NCBI RefSeq assembly: GCF_004010195.1
Contig: NC_057718.1
Location: 34,311,239-34,375,238 of the forward strand
Origin: Chiloscyllium plagiosum
Lineage: Eukaryota
Length of the DNA: 64,000 nucleotides
Direction of reading: 5' to 3'
Position 1 is the first letter of the stretch; every line of letters starts with the position of its first letter. Shown piece after piece: positions 40,390 through 54,485 of this stretch. A program made the position numbers and the translations under genes. Below the pieces are notes generated by a model. The model saw only the letters and a list, made by a program, of their open reading frames with translations. It was not told where the DNA came from and made no database searches.

Positions 40390-40880
40390 TATAGGTTATA
40401 GTCCAACAGGTTTATTTGGAAGTACAACCTTTCGGAGCAAGCTTTCTTTCGGCAAGTAGCTAGTAGAGCAAGATCATAGGACACAGAATTTATCGTAAAA
40501 GGTGAAAGTGTTATAAAACTGATGTGATGTATTGAACAAACCTAGATTGCTATTAAGCCTTTAATCATTTAGAATGGGTTGCAGGTTTCGATTCATCAAT
40601 ATGTAATCCAGGAGCTTTTTTGAAGTCACATACCTGAGCTAACTTAAAGGTGAGATCTCAACTGAGACAATGCAAGAAAGGTACGGAGGTAGAGTTGGTC
40701 TATATTCAAACCTTGAGTCAGACTGGTTCTATTTCCAAACTAGGAATTTATAAAATGTCATATGGTCTGGCTGCCGACAGATTGTGTGCTTTTTGAACAA
40801 AATAGAATATTTCTGCAAATACAAATCTACATTGCAAATTCACCTCATAGATTGTGTGCGTGTCTGTGTACACGCATGTG
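40390..40880 (-). mobile_element. PLE 3' UTR fragment (family of 51145-52053)
   Basis: Reverse complement of 51580-52035. Confidence 0.8.
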
Positions 40881-42134
40881 AGGAAGTGTGAGGCAACTGG
40901 ACACTGCCTAGTGAGAATCTCAGCATGCCACTTGTGAAAAGCCTAAAGGATGGCACGAGTTGTTGTACTTGTTGCCTGATTCTGCCCGGTTCCCTGTAAG
41001 ATTATAAAGAGACTGCTGGAGAGACTCTGACAATGCCAGGACATATATTTTGCCTCCTGGATATACAGATTGGACACAGCACCAGATGAAGAAAGAAAAT
41101 GGAAATGGCCAAAGAAGACTTGGCAAAATGCCTTCAACACTTACCTTCAACAGCAGGGCACTACCCTGGCTGCAGCAAGATTGTGACAGACTGGGGCAGT
41201 GGCAAAATCTTGCCAAGTAATGAAAAGCCCAACTCATCAACCTGGATGCTCAGTAATTTTACAGCATGGCTGTAACAATTTGAGAGGAAGCAGGCCCCAA
41301 TCCTTTATAAATTCTGCCCTTTATGAAATCACGGGATCGAAAGAATTAAGCCTCAGTGTAAGGTTTGGGATCAGGGTTTTATTTACTTACCAACCCATCT
41401 CCCCACCTTGGCAGCCCACACTGAAGGAAAGCTAGGCTGGGCTGAGCACTTAAGTTTATAGAGTCCTGTCTGGCAGGCCTCACACAATCAACAGCTCATC
41501 CCCAAGGGCTCAGACTGCAGAGCAGCAGGGTGCTAATTTCCTGTTTGGGTCTGTCACAGGCGAGTTAACAGCTGATGGCATTTGCGCCACCATAAAAACA
41601 AGGTTGACAGGGAGATTATGAGAGTTCAATTGGACCCTCCTCACATTTCGTCTCATTGCTCCGGCAGCAATCAGCATTACTTAACATCTGCACAGCTGTA
41701 CCCACCAATTGGATTCGAGCTGCACACCACGGGCCCTATACACAGATTTCTGGGTTAAAGTACTCCTTCAGCGCTAATTGCTTAAACTCAAAAGGTTCAT
41801 TTGTGCATGGGATTACATCAAAGGGTTTGCTGTTGCTGCTTGATGGCTTTGAACAACATTTCTTGGAAGTGTCCCGTTGGTGGGCCTTGAGTGCTCACAG
41901 AACAGTGATTTTATAAAGGATGCAGAGTTTATAAAGGATTGGGGCCTGCTTCCTCTTGAATTGTTACAGCTACACTATAAAATAACTGGGCATGCAGGGT
42001 GATGAGTTGGACGTTTTGTTTTAAGTGCCATGCCTCACTCTGTTCAACTGACTCGCAGCAAACAACATTTCTGCTGAAAACGAGATAACAAAGTCATGGA
42101 CATGACTTTTTTTGTTGGAATTTCAGAAATTTGT

Positions 42135-42492
42135 TTTTATTCATTCATATGAATGTGATTGTAGCAGGCTGGGTCCATATTTATTGTCCATCCTGAGTTG
42201 GTCCTTAAACTGTGTGGGCCATTTTAGAACAGGAGCTACGTTGCTATGAGTCTGGAATCAAATGTAGGCCAGATTAGGTAAGGTCGACAGATCTTTTTTC
42301 CCTAAAGGGTGTCAATGAACCAGGTGAAGTCTTAAAACAAGCAACTATGGCTTTATGGTCAACATTAGACTATCATTTAATTACACACACAGTGAACTCA
42401 AATTTCATTATCTGCCGCAGTGAGATTCAAACACACACCTCCAGAGGATTAACTGGAGTCTCTGGGTTACTAGTCCGGTGATATTACCACTT
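42135..42492 (-). mobile_element. tRNA-derived SINE with LINE-like tail
   Basis: Minus-strand head gtggtaatatcaccggactag...gtttgaatctcac; tail similar to 21940-21980. Confidence 0.55.
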
Positions 42493-42589
42493 CAGTTAAA
42501 GATCTGATTTGACTGCTCTTATTTGGCTAAGGAATGAAGAAGCTATAGATATAAATAGGAAGTCTGTGAATGATTGCTATAAGTGAACA

Positions 42590-43935
42590 ATATAGAACAT
42601 AAGTCTGTAAGACCTAAGACAGAGCAGTAGAATTAGGCCACTCAGCCCATCGAGTCTGCGCCACCATTTGATCATGGCAATATGTTTCTCAACCCCACTC
42701 TCCTGCCTTCTCCCTGCAACCTTTGATCCCCTTACTAATCGAGAACCTCTTTATCTCTATTTTAAATACACTCAATGACTTGGCTTCCATAGCTTTCTGC
42801 GACAATGAGCTCCACAGATTCACCATCCTCTGGCTGTGGAAATTCCCCCTCAACTTGGTTCTAAAGGGTCGCCCCTTCACTCAGAAGGCTATCCCCTCTG
42901 GTCCTCGTCTCTCCTACTAATGAAAACATCTTCTCCACTTCCACTCTATTCAAGCCACTGAGTACAACCACTCCTCATATGACAAGCCCTTTATCCCCAT
43001 TCTTGTAAACCACCTCTGGAGTCCTTTTCAAGACTAGCACATCCTTCCTTAGATATGCTCACATATTCCCAATATGGTCTGACCAGTGTCTTATATAGCC
43101 TCAGCAGTACATATCTGCTTTTGTATTCTAACCCTCTCAAAATGAATGCTAACATTGCATTCACTTTTCTAACTGCCACCTGATCCTGCATGTTAACTTT
43201 AAGAGAACCCTGAACTAGGATTCTGAAATCCCTTTATGTTTCAGATTTCCAAAAGTTTTCTGTTGAGAAAATAGTCTATGTCTCTACTCTTCCTATCCAA
43301 ATGCATAACCTCACACTTTCCCACATTGAATTCCATCTGCCACTTCTTTGTCCACTCTGCAATCCTGTCCAAGTTCTTCTGCAGCTTCCCTGGTTTCCTC
43401 AACCCTCACTGCCCCCTACCTATTCTTGTGTCATCTGCAAACGTAACAACAGTGCCCTCATTTAATTTGTCCAGGTCGTTATGGTCCCAAAACTGACCCT
43501 ACCAGAACTCCACTGGTCATCGGCTGCCATCCTGAAAAAGACCCCTTTATACCCACTCTCTGCCTTCTGCCAGTCAGCCAATCCTCTATCTATGCCAATA
43601 CCTTGCCCCTAACACTGTGGGCCCTTATATTATTTAGCAGCCTTCTGTGTGGCACTTTGCCAAAGGCTTTCAAGAAATCCAAATGGATTCATCCACTGGC
43701 ACTCCTTTGCCTATCTTACTTGTTACCTCCTCAAAGAATTTATCAGGCGTGAACTCCCCTTTACAAAGCTCTGCTGAATCAGCCCTATTTTACCATGCAC
43801 TGTCAGATACTCCACAATCTCATCCTTAATGATGGACTCTAAACTTTTACCAATGACCGAGGTCAGGCTAATTGGCCTATAGTTCGCTGTGTTCTGCCTT
43901 CCTCCCTTGTTAAACAGGCATGTTACATTAGCTGC
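42590..43935 (-). mobile_element. CR1 LINE fragment
   Basis: ORFs 42689-42880, 42991-43191, 43723-44007 (NYRPISLTSVIGK, LLRLYKTLVRP). Confidence 0.85.
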
Positions 43936-44409
43936 AGAACCTGGGTCCAAAATCAACTCTGCCCAGGTTGTATATGCTTCATCTGCCAACATTGTGCCTG
44001 AGTCCACATTTCAAAACTTGGATGATCTGCAGTCACATTTCAGGCCAGTAACGAGGAGGAATGGTCTCACTCTCCACACGAATGTTAACAAAATCATTTG
44101 GTTACCTTTGTGGAATAGTATTCACAGGAGTAGTATCGACACGTGGAAAACCCAAGGAGTGAAGAGTTATTTAATGCTGTTTCATCTCAGCACACCTGAG
44201 TTTCATTGAGGGGTGTTAAAATAAGCAGTTGATACCGATTAGACTATGCAAGGGACACGACATCTTTCTTAGTTGCCCATCCCACATGCCTAATAAATAG
44301 TCCAATTTTGAGCCAGATATTTTTCTAAGGTCCTTGAGATGCAGGGTGGTTAGTACTTGAAATTGAGCCTTCTTGCTTGTCTTAATCTTGCAAAATGGGA
44401 TTAATCCTG

Positions 44410-45862
44410 ATGTGGGGGAGATACTAAATGAATACTTAACATCAGTATTTACTGTGGATAAGGATATGGAAGATATCGAATGTTGGGAAATAGATGGTGA
44501 CATCTTGAAAAAATGTCCATATTACAGAGGAGAAAGTGCTGGATGTTATGAAACGCATAAAAGTGGATAAATCCCGAGGATCTGATCAGGTGGACCCTAG
44601 AACTCTGTGGGAAGCTAGAGAAGTGATTGCTGGGCCTCTTGCTGAGATACTTGTATCATTGATAGTCACAGGTGAGGTGCTGGAAGACTGGAGATTGGCT
44701 AACGTGGTGCCACTGTTTAAGAAAGATGTTAAGGACAAGCCAGGGAACTATACACCAGTTGACCCTGATGTCAGTGATGGGCAAGTTGTTGGAGGGAATC
44801 CTGAGGAACAGGATGTACATGTATTTAGAAAGGCAAGGACTGATTAGGGATAGTCAACATGGCTTTGTGCATGGGAAATCATGTCTCACAACTCGATTGA
44901 GTTTTTTGAAGAAGTAACAAAGAGGATTGATGAGGGCAGAGTGGTAGATGTGATCTATATGGACTTCGGTAAGGTGTTCGACAAGGTTCCCCATCCATGG
45001 GAGACTGGTTAGCAAGGTTAGATCTCATGGGAAAAAGGGAGAACTAGCCATTTGGATACAGAATTGGCTCAAAGGTAGAAGACAGAGGGTGGTAGTGGAG
45101 GGTTGTTTTTTAGACTGGAGGCCTGTGACCAATAGAGTGCCACAAGGATCGGTGCTGGGAACTCTACTTTTTGTCATTTATATAAATGATTTATATATAT
45201 TCATTTATATAAATGGATGTGAACATAGGAGGTATAGTTAGTAAGTTTGCAGATGACACCAAAATTGGAGGCGTAGTGGACAGCGAAGAGGGTTACCTCA
45301 GATTACAACAGGAACTGGACCAGATGGGCCAATGGGCAGAGAAGTGGCAGGTGGTGTTTAATTCAGATAAATGCGAGATACTGCATTTTGGGAAAGCAAA
45401 TCTTAGCAGGAATTATTTACTTAATGGTAAGGTCCTAGAGAGTGTTGCTGAACAAAGAGACCTTGGAGTGCAGGTTCATAGCTCCTTGAAAGTGGAGTCG
45501 TAGATAGATAGGATAGTGAAGAAGACGTTTGGTATGCTTTCCTTTATTCGTCAGAGGATTGAGTACAGGAGTTGGGAGGTCATGTTGCAGCTGTACAGGA
45601 CATTGGTTAGGCGGGGCAATGTTTTCACAGAGAGGGTGGTACAGGTATGGGGGAATGAACTGCCAGAGGAAGTGGTGGAGGCTGTACAATTACTACATTT
45701 AAAAGGCATTTGGATGGGTAAATGAATAGGAAGGGTTTGGAGGGATATGGGCCGGGTGCTGGCAGGTGGGACTAGATTGGGTTGGGATATCTGGTCGGCA
45801 TGGATGGGTTGGACCGAAGGGTCTGCTTCCATACTATACATCTCTATGATTCTATGACTCTA
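44410..45862 (+). mobile_element. CR1 LINE with internal deletion
   Basis: [21 protein letters not shown] and other motifs; (tctatga)n tail. Confidence 0.9.
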
Positions 45863-47139
45863 TGTCAAGAAGTGTCTTTTTCACTCCAGGATCGGGTGTT
45901 CAGCCAAAACGGCAAAGGAATAAAACAAGAGAGCTGACCATAACTCGCCTTTCAACAGCTCAATCATAGCCGAGAAAAGCGCATAGGGGTCCAAACAGGC
46001 AGAAACTGGAACACATTTAAGCAATTGAAATATTGAAATAAAGAAGCAGAAAAACCTGTTGACACCAGTTGAAAGTTTCAAGAGTTTTAACTGGCCTCAG
46101 GTGGGGGTAACTGGCCTAAAATCTCTTCCTGCCATCTGTTTCCCATAGTGGCCATGGTGGAATTGAAAACTTGGGAGCAAGAAGATTGATCCTACTGTCT
46201 CATGCCAATTCATTGGCTTTCCAGCTGCAAAGCTAGAACAGCTGCTTTTCACTGAATTCTGTCAGTTTTGTCTCCAGAACTGCTCGAAGTCTTGACTGAT
46301 GGGACCTGCACAAGCAATTTCCATGAATTGGATAAAGACACACCTTCGGCAATTTTCTCAGTTAGGGAGGTCACAGACGCTCAGAAATGATATGGTGCAG
46401 AAGATAGAGGGGGCATAATCAGCCCATTATGCCTGCAACGGCTCTTCAATCGAGTACTATTACCTAGTGCCAATCTGCTACCTTTACCCTATGCCCTTGC
46501 ACATTATTCATATCCAAATATTGTTCCAGTGCCATCTTGAAAGCCTCAATTAAAACCTGTTTCCACCCTTATTTCCAACAGTGCATTCCATACCTTTACT
46601 ACTTGCTGTGGGAAAACATTCTGTGGTACAACTCAGTTAAGATGGACATCTGCTTTCACTGGCAGTTATGAGCCATAGAAATTGATTTCTGTCACATCTG
46701 TCTCTATGTGAGAAATTGGATATGACGACCAATTTTTGGTTAAGATTGCCAAGTGTCAACTTAACAGCCAATGTCTGCATCACCCCCAACTCCACCTAGG
46801 CATACATCCATTGGAATGTGGTCATTGATGCCTACCGCCATTTTTAGGACCTTACTGCTGAAGTCAGCAAATATTGGATGAAGTACACGTTGCACACGTT
46901 TTGCTCAGTTTTTCTAAGTCTATAATGATCTACCCCCGGTCCTTACAGTCACTGGAGGATTCTTTCTTCCCCTCTATTCCAAACCCCAATAGGAATGCTT
47001 TATGCCTGTCTCGATGTCCTTCCTCTCCAATTGAGGAAGAATTTAATGCCCTCTCTTGTGGAGAGTTTGGAGGTGGATGGGGGGAATATTTCATTGGGAG
47101 GGGTCCTACTAATTTTCTACCTCAGGCACTATTTAATCA

Positions 47140-48080
47140 ATGCAAACATGCAAAAAAACAAGAGTAGGCCTCTTTGTCCTTCAAGCCTGCTCCGTCATTC
47201 AGTCCAATCATGGCTGATCTGATCTTAGTCTCAAAGTTTCATTCCTGTATATCACTGATAATTTTTTATCCACTTGGTAATCAACCTATCTCTGCCTTTA
47301 AAAACAGATTTAAAGATTCTTAATTTTGAGGAAGGGAATTTCAAAAACTGTCAACAATCTGAGAGAAAATCATGTTTCCTCAACTCTGTCATAAATGGGC
47401 AACCTTTTATTTATTACTATGATCCTTACTTCTAGATACTCCCACAAGAGGAAACCTCCTTTCAACATTCACTTACTCCAGATCCCTCAGGATCACACAT
47501 GTTTTAATTGGGTCAGATCTGACTCTTCTAAACTCCAGAGAACACAGACTTAGCATATCTAGCCTTTTCTCATAAGACAATCCACTCAATCCAGATGTTA
47601 GCCTAGTAAACCTTCTCTGGACAACTTCCAATGCATTAACATCCTTCTGTAAGTATGGTGGAATAAGACTCCACACGGTACTCCAAATGTGGTGTCACCA
47701 GTGATGCCATTGATATCCTGTCCTACCATGTGGTTACTGTCAGGGGGCCTGTACACAACTCCCACACGTGGCCTTTTTCATTCCTCATCTCCACCCTGGC
47801 TTGATTCTATATTCTTGTCTCCTGAAATTAGATACTTCTTCTCTATTGTGCTAGCATCATCTTTAGTGAACAGATTCACACTCTTTCCCAGCTTCCTGTC
47901 CTTCCTAAATGTCACATACTCTTTAATATTCAGGAGCTAATCTAGGACATCCTGCAGCCATGTTTCAGTAATGGCCATTGGGTTGTACCTAGTGATCTAA
48001 ATTTGTATTACTAGTTCACCTATTTTGTTTTAAATGCTACAGGTATTCAAATACAGCGCCTTAAGTTTTGTTCTTTTATT
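47140..48080 (-). mobile_element. Old CR1 fragments
   Basis: ORF 47473-47676: PYLQKDVNALEVVQRRFTRL..LSYEKRL; LKALYLN endonuclease-start-like motif near 48050. Confidence 0.7.
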
Positions 48081-48089
48081 AGCTCTGTT

Positions 48090-49990
48090 TTCTGGAAAGG
48101 GAACCTGAACTCGGGTCAAAATTTCCTGCAGCCTCCCCCTATCCCCCAGCATCAGTGGCAGGAGTAATGGAGGACAGGTATGCGCACCTCTCCAGCAGGG
48201 TCTCGGGTGCTGGGTTTCCATAACAGTCACCAATCTGTCCATGGAGGCAGTCAAATGATCACATGACCGGCTGCGCTGATACAACTTCTGAACAATGAGA
48301 GCTGCCGCTGCTCCTTCCTGTGCATGTGGACAAAGTCCCTGATTGCTGACACCGCAGGATCGTCTCCTGCCAAGCACTGCGCAGGTTGCTTCGTCTCCAA
48401 CAGTCCACCAATCACCAGCAAACTGGAGCAATTGTCCCTCGGTCAGCTGTAGAACTGTTGCAGTGAGGTACTAACTCACATTGTGTACTCACGTTTTCAA
48501 AGGTCACCACTCTAGGCTGGAGGGAGTTTGCAGGTGGCAGCCTTGCTGAGGCTCCGGCGTTGGGAGGCTTGTGCAACCTACAAGTTAAAAAACATAAAAG
48601 GCGCTGTGGCCAACGTTTGGATTTGGTGTGCGATGATTGAGAATGGTATGCAGAGTTGTGCTTACTCATTTGGTGGGACCCTGGCAGGAGTGGCCCTGGT
48701 CTTCACATGTGAGGTCTAGGACTCTTCTCTCATAAGGGGTGAGGACATGGATATCAGTACAGTCCCACCCATGTCAAATCTGTTTGCCCTGTTATGAGCT
48801 TTCATAGAATCTCTACAATGTGGAAACAGGCCATTGGGCCAACAAGTCCACATGGACCCTCCAAAGAGTATCCCACTCAGACCTATTCCACTATCCTATT
48901 ACTCTACACTTCCCCTGACTAATGCAACCAACCTACACATCCCTGAACACTATGGGAAATTTAGCATGGCCAATTCACCTGACCTGCACCTCTTTGGATT
49001 GTGGGAGGAAACAAGAGCAGCTAGAGGAAACCCACGCAGACATGGGGTGAATGTGCAAACTCCACACAGACAGTCGTCTGAGGCTGGAATTGAACCCAGC
49101 TCCCTGATGCTGTGTGGCAGCCGTGCTAACCACCACTGAGCACAGTGCCACTTTGTTTTGCTGTAATGAAAAAAGGGGGTGGAGGGAGCGTGTGGGTAAG
49201 AGTGAGGTGACAGTGGGAGGTGTGGTGCATGTTGGGAAAAGATGTTGAGGTGTTCGGAAAGACTGAGGAAGCATCATGGAGGGCATGCAAGGGTGGTGGG
49301 GTGGGAGGCTAAAGGGGAAGAGTGAGGGAGGGAATGTGTTGCTGCCAACAGTGAGGACGGAGGGGCATGAGCTTTGGTGCAAAGTGTGCGTGGTGATAAA
49401 TCAGGCGTGAGATGGCAGAGAGAAGTGGTGGCAGACTTGATGGGCTGAAAGACCTAAGTTTGCTCCTAAAGCCTATATCTTTTGGTTTTACTTTGGAGGA
49501 GTGGAGAAGGTTATTGATCTTCTTTCAACATTTCTTGCTGTTTCTCCACACCCTGGAAATGGCACTGACTCAGGTGATGACCTCAGATCAGCCTGGCATG
49601 GTCACCTGGCATGATGTCCTCAACTGCACCTTGCAAAGAGGACTCCTCTCCTGTGCACCATCCCATTCACCAGGATGTCCATGGAGAAACACAATGCTAT
49701 CTTCTTCTTATCTGACTCGGTCCATGACAGAGCAGGACAGCTCCAGAATTCTCATGCTTGTCTGGATGTACTTTAGCATTTTAAACATAGTGTGCGCAAG
49801 GGATGCCAGTCTTTTGGCTGACAGCCACTGAATGGTGAGTTGCTGTGTGAACAATATGTGGTAACATGAGGCAGAAATTAGATATGAGAGATGTCATAGG
49901 GCTGTCGTCGATAATTAGGGAGGCAGCTTTGGTAAGATAGAGTGAGAAAACCTGCTAGACTTCACGATGAGAATTCATCAAAAGAAAACC
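48090..49990 (-). mobile_element. PIF/Harbinger relic (Myb/SANT-like ORF) with HE1 insertion
   Basis: Minus 49500-49620 reads SEVIT*VSAISRVWRNSKKC*KKINNL, homologous to 63098-63315; outer limits uncertain. Confidence 0.55.
48802..49150 (-). mobile_element. HE1-type SINE
   Basis: Homologous to 13203-13498. Confidence 0.85.
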
Positions 49991-51144
49991 CAACGGGAAG
50001 TGGACTTGGGCATATTGGTCAATAACGAATATTTTGGCTCAGTTGTTAGAAAGTCTATACTGTTCTCAAGGTGGAATTGAAAGAAAGTTAATCAACAGAT
50101 GGGATAGAGAAGGGAACTCTCGCTGATATTGAGAACGAGAAATGATGGTGTGAGAATTGATGGGATTTTGTTTTGTCATGTATTTGAAGTCTTCCAAATT
50201 TTGTTGTATGTAAATATGTTCTCTTTATCTTTATTTCTGTTTTAGAATAAACTTCTGTTTTATTGTTAATACCAAATCTGTAATGTTGTATGATTATGTT
50301 TCAGCTCAAGATCACAATGCTAAAGACAAAAAAACTATCATGTCAGATTTCAATTTGGCATCCAATCATTACATCAGCTGGTAAAATACAAAGGTAAATA
50401 GCACATGGCAGCAATTTTTTAAATGATCTCAAATATATGGAGAGTGGAACACTGGAAGTTGGTCAGCAATTGATCAGCTTATCCGATGGTCCCAATTTTA
50501 GTGACTAATTGAACCATGAACTTCTGGCACTCATTGTTAGAGGTTGGGAGTGGGGAGTTGAGGGAGAGGTATTAAAGAAGATGATTTCAGTGAAAAAAGA
50601 TAAACCCAGGGTTTATCTTTGCATTCTTTGATAATGCTAGAATAATGATCTATTTTGGCAAACAAGAGCAGATTCCAATATTGCTTGTAAAAGCCCCACC
50701 AGAACTAATGGTAAATAGCTGAACCAGTTAAATACTGCTGCCTAACTGTCTTTAGTAATAATTCATTACTGAGACATCAAAAGAACAGGAAAATCCATAA
50801 GCACAAATTCATAGAATGGTTGCAGCACAAAAAATAAGAGACTCAATCCTTTACTTCTGTACTGGTTCTCTGAAGAAGCAAACCACCCAGAACCATTTTC
50901 CTAATTTTTACCTACAGCCTATACATTCCTCAGTTTTTAAATTATAATACAACTCCCTTTTAAATGCCTTGTTAGAACCTGCCTCCATCGGAATGAATCT
51001 GGACAATTCATTCTGGATCCTAACCATTTGTTGCATGTAAAACATTTGCCTCATATCCACGCTTGCTGGTTCTCGATCCTTACATCAATGGGAGCAATCA
51101 TTCCTAATCTACTCTGTTCACTTATGACTAAGTCTATTAAATAT

Positions 51145-52053
51145 GATTTGGAGGTGCCGGTGTTGGACATTCAGCCTTGGATCTTCGGGTGACCATCCTC
51201 CAAGGCGGACTTCAGGACAGGCAATAATGCAAAGTGGCCGAGCAGGACCAAGTTCGGTATGCATGAGGATGGCCTCAACTGGGACTTTGGGTTCATGTCA
51301 CACTACAGGTGGCCCCAATGCACTACACACTCTCTTACACACACATATGCAAGTGCGCGCATGCGTACACACACACACTCACTCACTCCTACAGACCCAT
51401 ATACTCACGCAGACCGTCTCTCATACCCAAGCTCTCTCTCATACGCTTACACATACACACCTACACATGTACCCTCTCACAGACTTATACCTTTTACATT
51501 CACACACATAAACATACACACACTCTGTCACAGACACTCACAATCCCCTCCCCCACACACACCCACATGCACACACACATATAAATTTGTTGGATGAATT
51601 TATATTTGCAGAATTACATTTTATTTTGTTCAAAAACTGCATGAATCCATGGTAGATTCTGTAAATCCCTTTTTTAGGAATTGAATCAGTCTGAACATTG
51701 AGGCACAGACAGACAGACTTTAACCTCACACCTTCAATGCGTTATCTGAACTGACATGGCACCTACTGTTAAAGTTCACTTGAAAATATAACTTTTAAAA
51801 AAAAAGTTCTAGGATTTACATGTGAAAGAACTGGAACTAATATGGTCATTCTAAAAGGTGAGAGACTGAGCAAACAATCCAGATCTTTTTCAATATATAA
51901 TTTCAGTTACATCACACTGTAAACTTTTGCTATATATTCTGTGTCTTATGATCTTATACTCCACAACCACCTGATGAAGGAGCAGCACTCCGAAAGCTAG
52001 TGCTCCCAAATAAACCCTGTTGGACTATAACCTGGTGTTGTGTGATTTTTAAC
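51145..52053 (+). mobile_element. 5'-truncated PLE (GIY-YIG end, CA-rich UTR, pseudo-LTR)
   Basis: LDLRVTILQGGLQDRQ..KVAEQ; 12-bp TSD tctattaaatat at 51133-51144 and 52054-52065. Confidence 0.85.
51968..52002 (+). ncRNA. Minimal type I hammerhead motif
   Basis: CAC CUGAUGA A GGAG-CAGCA-CUCC GAAAG CUA GUG; stem I CAC/GUG, palindromic AGCU stem III. Confidence 0.75.
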
Positions 52054-52289
52054 TCTATTAAATATTCTCTCAATCTTCTGTTCTATAAGGAGAATGGTCC
52101 CAACTCCAATCTATCAACATAACTGAAGGTCCTTATCCATGGGACAACTCAAGTGAATTTTTTTTCTTAGTTGTTACTAATGTCTTCATATCCCTCTTAC
52201 AGTCAGGTGCCAAGACTTGACGATGAATGCCAGCTATTTAGAGAATTGGATACCAAGCAGTCAGTTATTATGTAGATGCAGGGAGATTT

Positions 52290-52620
52290 TGTATTATTGC
52301 AGGGTCGGGGATTTAAGTTTTAGGGAGAAGCTGAATAGGCTGGGGCTGTTTTCCCTACAGCATTGGAGGCTGAGGATGACCTTATAGAGGTTTACAAAAT
52401 TATGAAGGAGTCCAGAACTAGAGAACAACTTAGGGTGAGAGGGGAAAGATATAAAAGAAGCCTAAGGGGCAACGTTTTCATGCAGAGGGTCGTATGTGTA
52501 TGGAATGAGCAGCCAGAGGAAGTGGTGGGATTAGATTGGGTTGGGATATCTGGTCGGCATGGACTGGTTGGACCGAAGGGTCAGTTTCCGTGCTGTACAT
52601 CTCTATGACTCTATGACTCT
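52290..52620 (+). mobile_element. CR1 3' end with deletions
   Basis: DLIEVYKIM..RVRGERYK; (ctctatga)n tail. Confidence 0.85.
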
Positions 52621-54129
52621 CTATCTACCCTTTGTCCAAGAGCAGGTGACAAAAGTGGAACAAAAATTATCTTCTTCAAGAATATACATTTGATTTGTGG
52701 CTCGTTCAATACAGATGAAGGATACAGCCAGTTTAGCTTTTCTCATTCTGTTTGTGTTTGTGTGTTTGTGCTGTAGAGTGTATGGGTTCTTGTTACATTC
52801 CCATTGATGTTTGGGTAGTATGAGAAACTGCATGAACCTGCAAAGTGCTATGGATTGCACCAGTTCTGCTTTTGCATAACAAAAAAATTAAAGCATACTT
52901 CAGCAAAAAGCCTGCTTTCCCATGAAAGATTTTATAAAGACAAAAAGATACTTATTTTACATTTGTAGGGATGCTTTTCCTTCCAAGTGCATTTGTGGAA
53001 TTCTGTAGCATTTTTTATTTATTCAGCATTTTATTACATTCTCCAACTACAACACATGCTACCAGTTACTTTGAAATATAGTGACTATTATTTCCACACA
53101 TGTGCAGCCATCATTTAACGCAGAATAAGATAAGGCAAATTCCAGAAATAAATATAGATGAAGGAGGCCAGCTGGCTCACCTTCCTCATTGTTACACAGA
53201 AATCTCCAATTACACTTCCTTGAGTGAATCAAGCGTTTTTGAAGGACTTGTTGAGAAACCTGTTGGCCCAGGTCTTCTGGTTCCTGAATAATTGGAGACT
53301 GGACGTGGAAAATGTGGGCTGTGTCACCTCAAAAATAACAATGCAAAAAGTATGAGGTAATTACCTGGGAAACTCCAATGGGCAATTATCTGGCATCCGG
53401 AACCCTTCAAAAACATCTCTTCAACTCTTATTTAGAGTTTGAGAGTTTAGAGTGCTCTGACTTACTTACTTGGATTGTTACTCACGACAGATTACAACCC
53501 TGCTTTGATTCCTGGATAACTGTATCACTGATATCTTACTCATTCATGTTGAACCTGAATGATTAATCCAGGACACCACAAATCCCAATCTCTGGTCACT
53601 TGATCATCGCTGAACACCTAACTCATCACCTGCACCTATCGGCTGACCTGACATCATGATGTGATTTCCTTCACGAGCTCCCAATCCATGCTGTGCACTT
53701 GTGCAATTGTCACCTTAAACCCTTCCCCACCAACCAGCCCCTGCTGCCTTACCTCCACACCTACTTATTTGTCATCCCATTCCCCTCAGCCCCTTACCTT
53801 ACACACTTACCTTCTTTTGGTGCTTTACTTTTAAACTCTGCTTGCTTACCAGAACACAGCAACTCCTGCCATATGTGGGGTGTTGGGAGGGGGTTGGATT
53901 CCCTGAGCTGGTGCCCATGAAGTTTGTTGTATCACACTGTTATGAAGGACCTTCCACTAGAACTCAAGCCTGAAACTTGTCGGAAGATATATATCTAACT
54001 TTTTCTCTTATCTGGGTCAGAGTTAGTGATGCAGCTCCAGATTAGAAGATTTGGGCTTTTATTATCTTCCCAAGGTACTAATTTGAAGCTTACATCTTTA
54101 GGTTAATAGGCCTTGCCCCATATTTCAAA

Positions 54130-54485
54130 TCTGGCTCAGAAGGCACTGGAGATTTTAGAGCATAATCCAGGCTGACACTGCTTTACTATACAGAGCAAAT
54201 GAGGTGCAATATTTTGCAGAAGTAATTGCATTAAATCCTGGTATGACTTCTTAGGTGGATATAAAAAAAATCCCCTAGGATGATCCAAAAGTGCAGAGAT
54301 TCCTCTCTGATACATCCCTGTCAGTAAGTGTCTAAATGTTACTTTTAGGACCTCATTGTTTGCAAATTTACTTCCATGTAACTTGACAATGCAACTGTGA
54401 CAATACTTCCAAGGTACATGGCTGTAAAAGTGCATTGGAATGTCTTGCGATCGTGAAAGGCAGTGTGTATATGCAAGCTTTCTTT
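54130..54485 (+). mobile_element. Ancient Deu-domain SINE (SacSINE1/AmnSINE1-like)
   Basis: aggtggatataaaa..atccc core and ggctgtaaaagtgcattggaatgtc..gtgaaaggc tail resemble DeuSINEs as recalled; related remnants near 17640-17790 (-) and 29540-29670 (+). Confidence 0.45.

Noticed and set aside
53199..53360. Exon-like segment with AG and GT boundaries
   Set aside because: All three frames contain stop codons.
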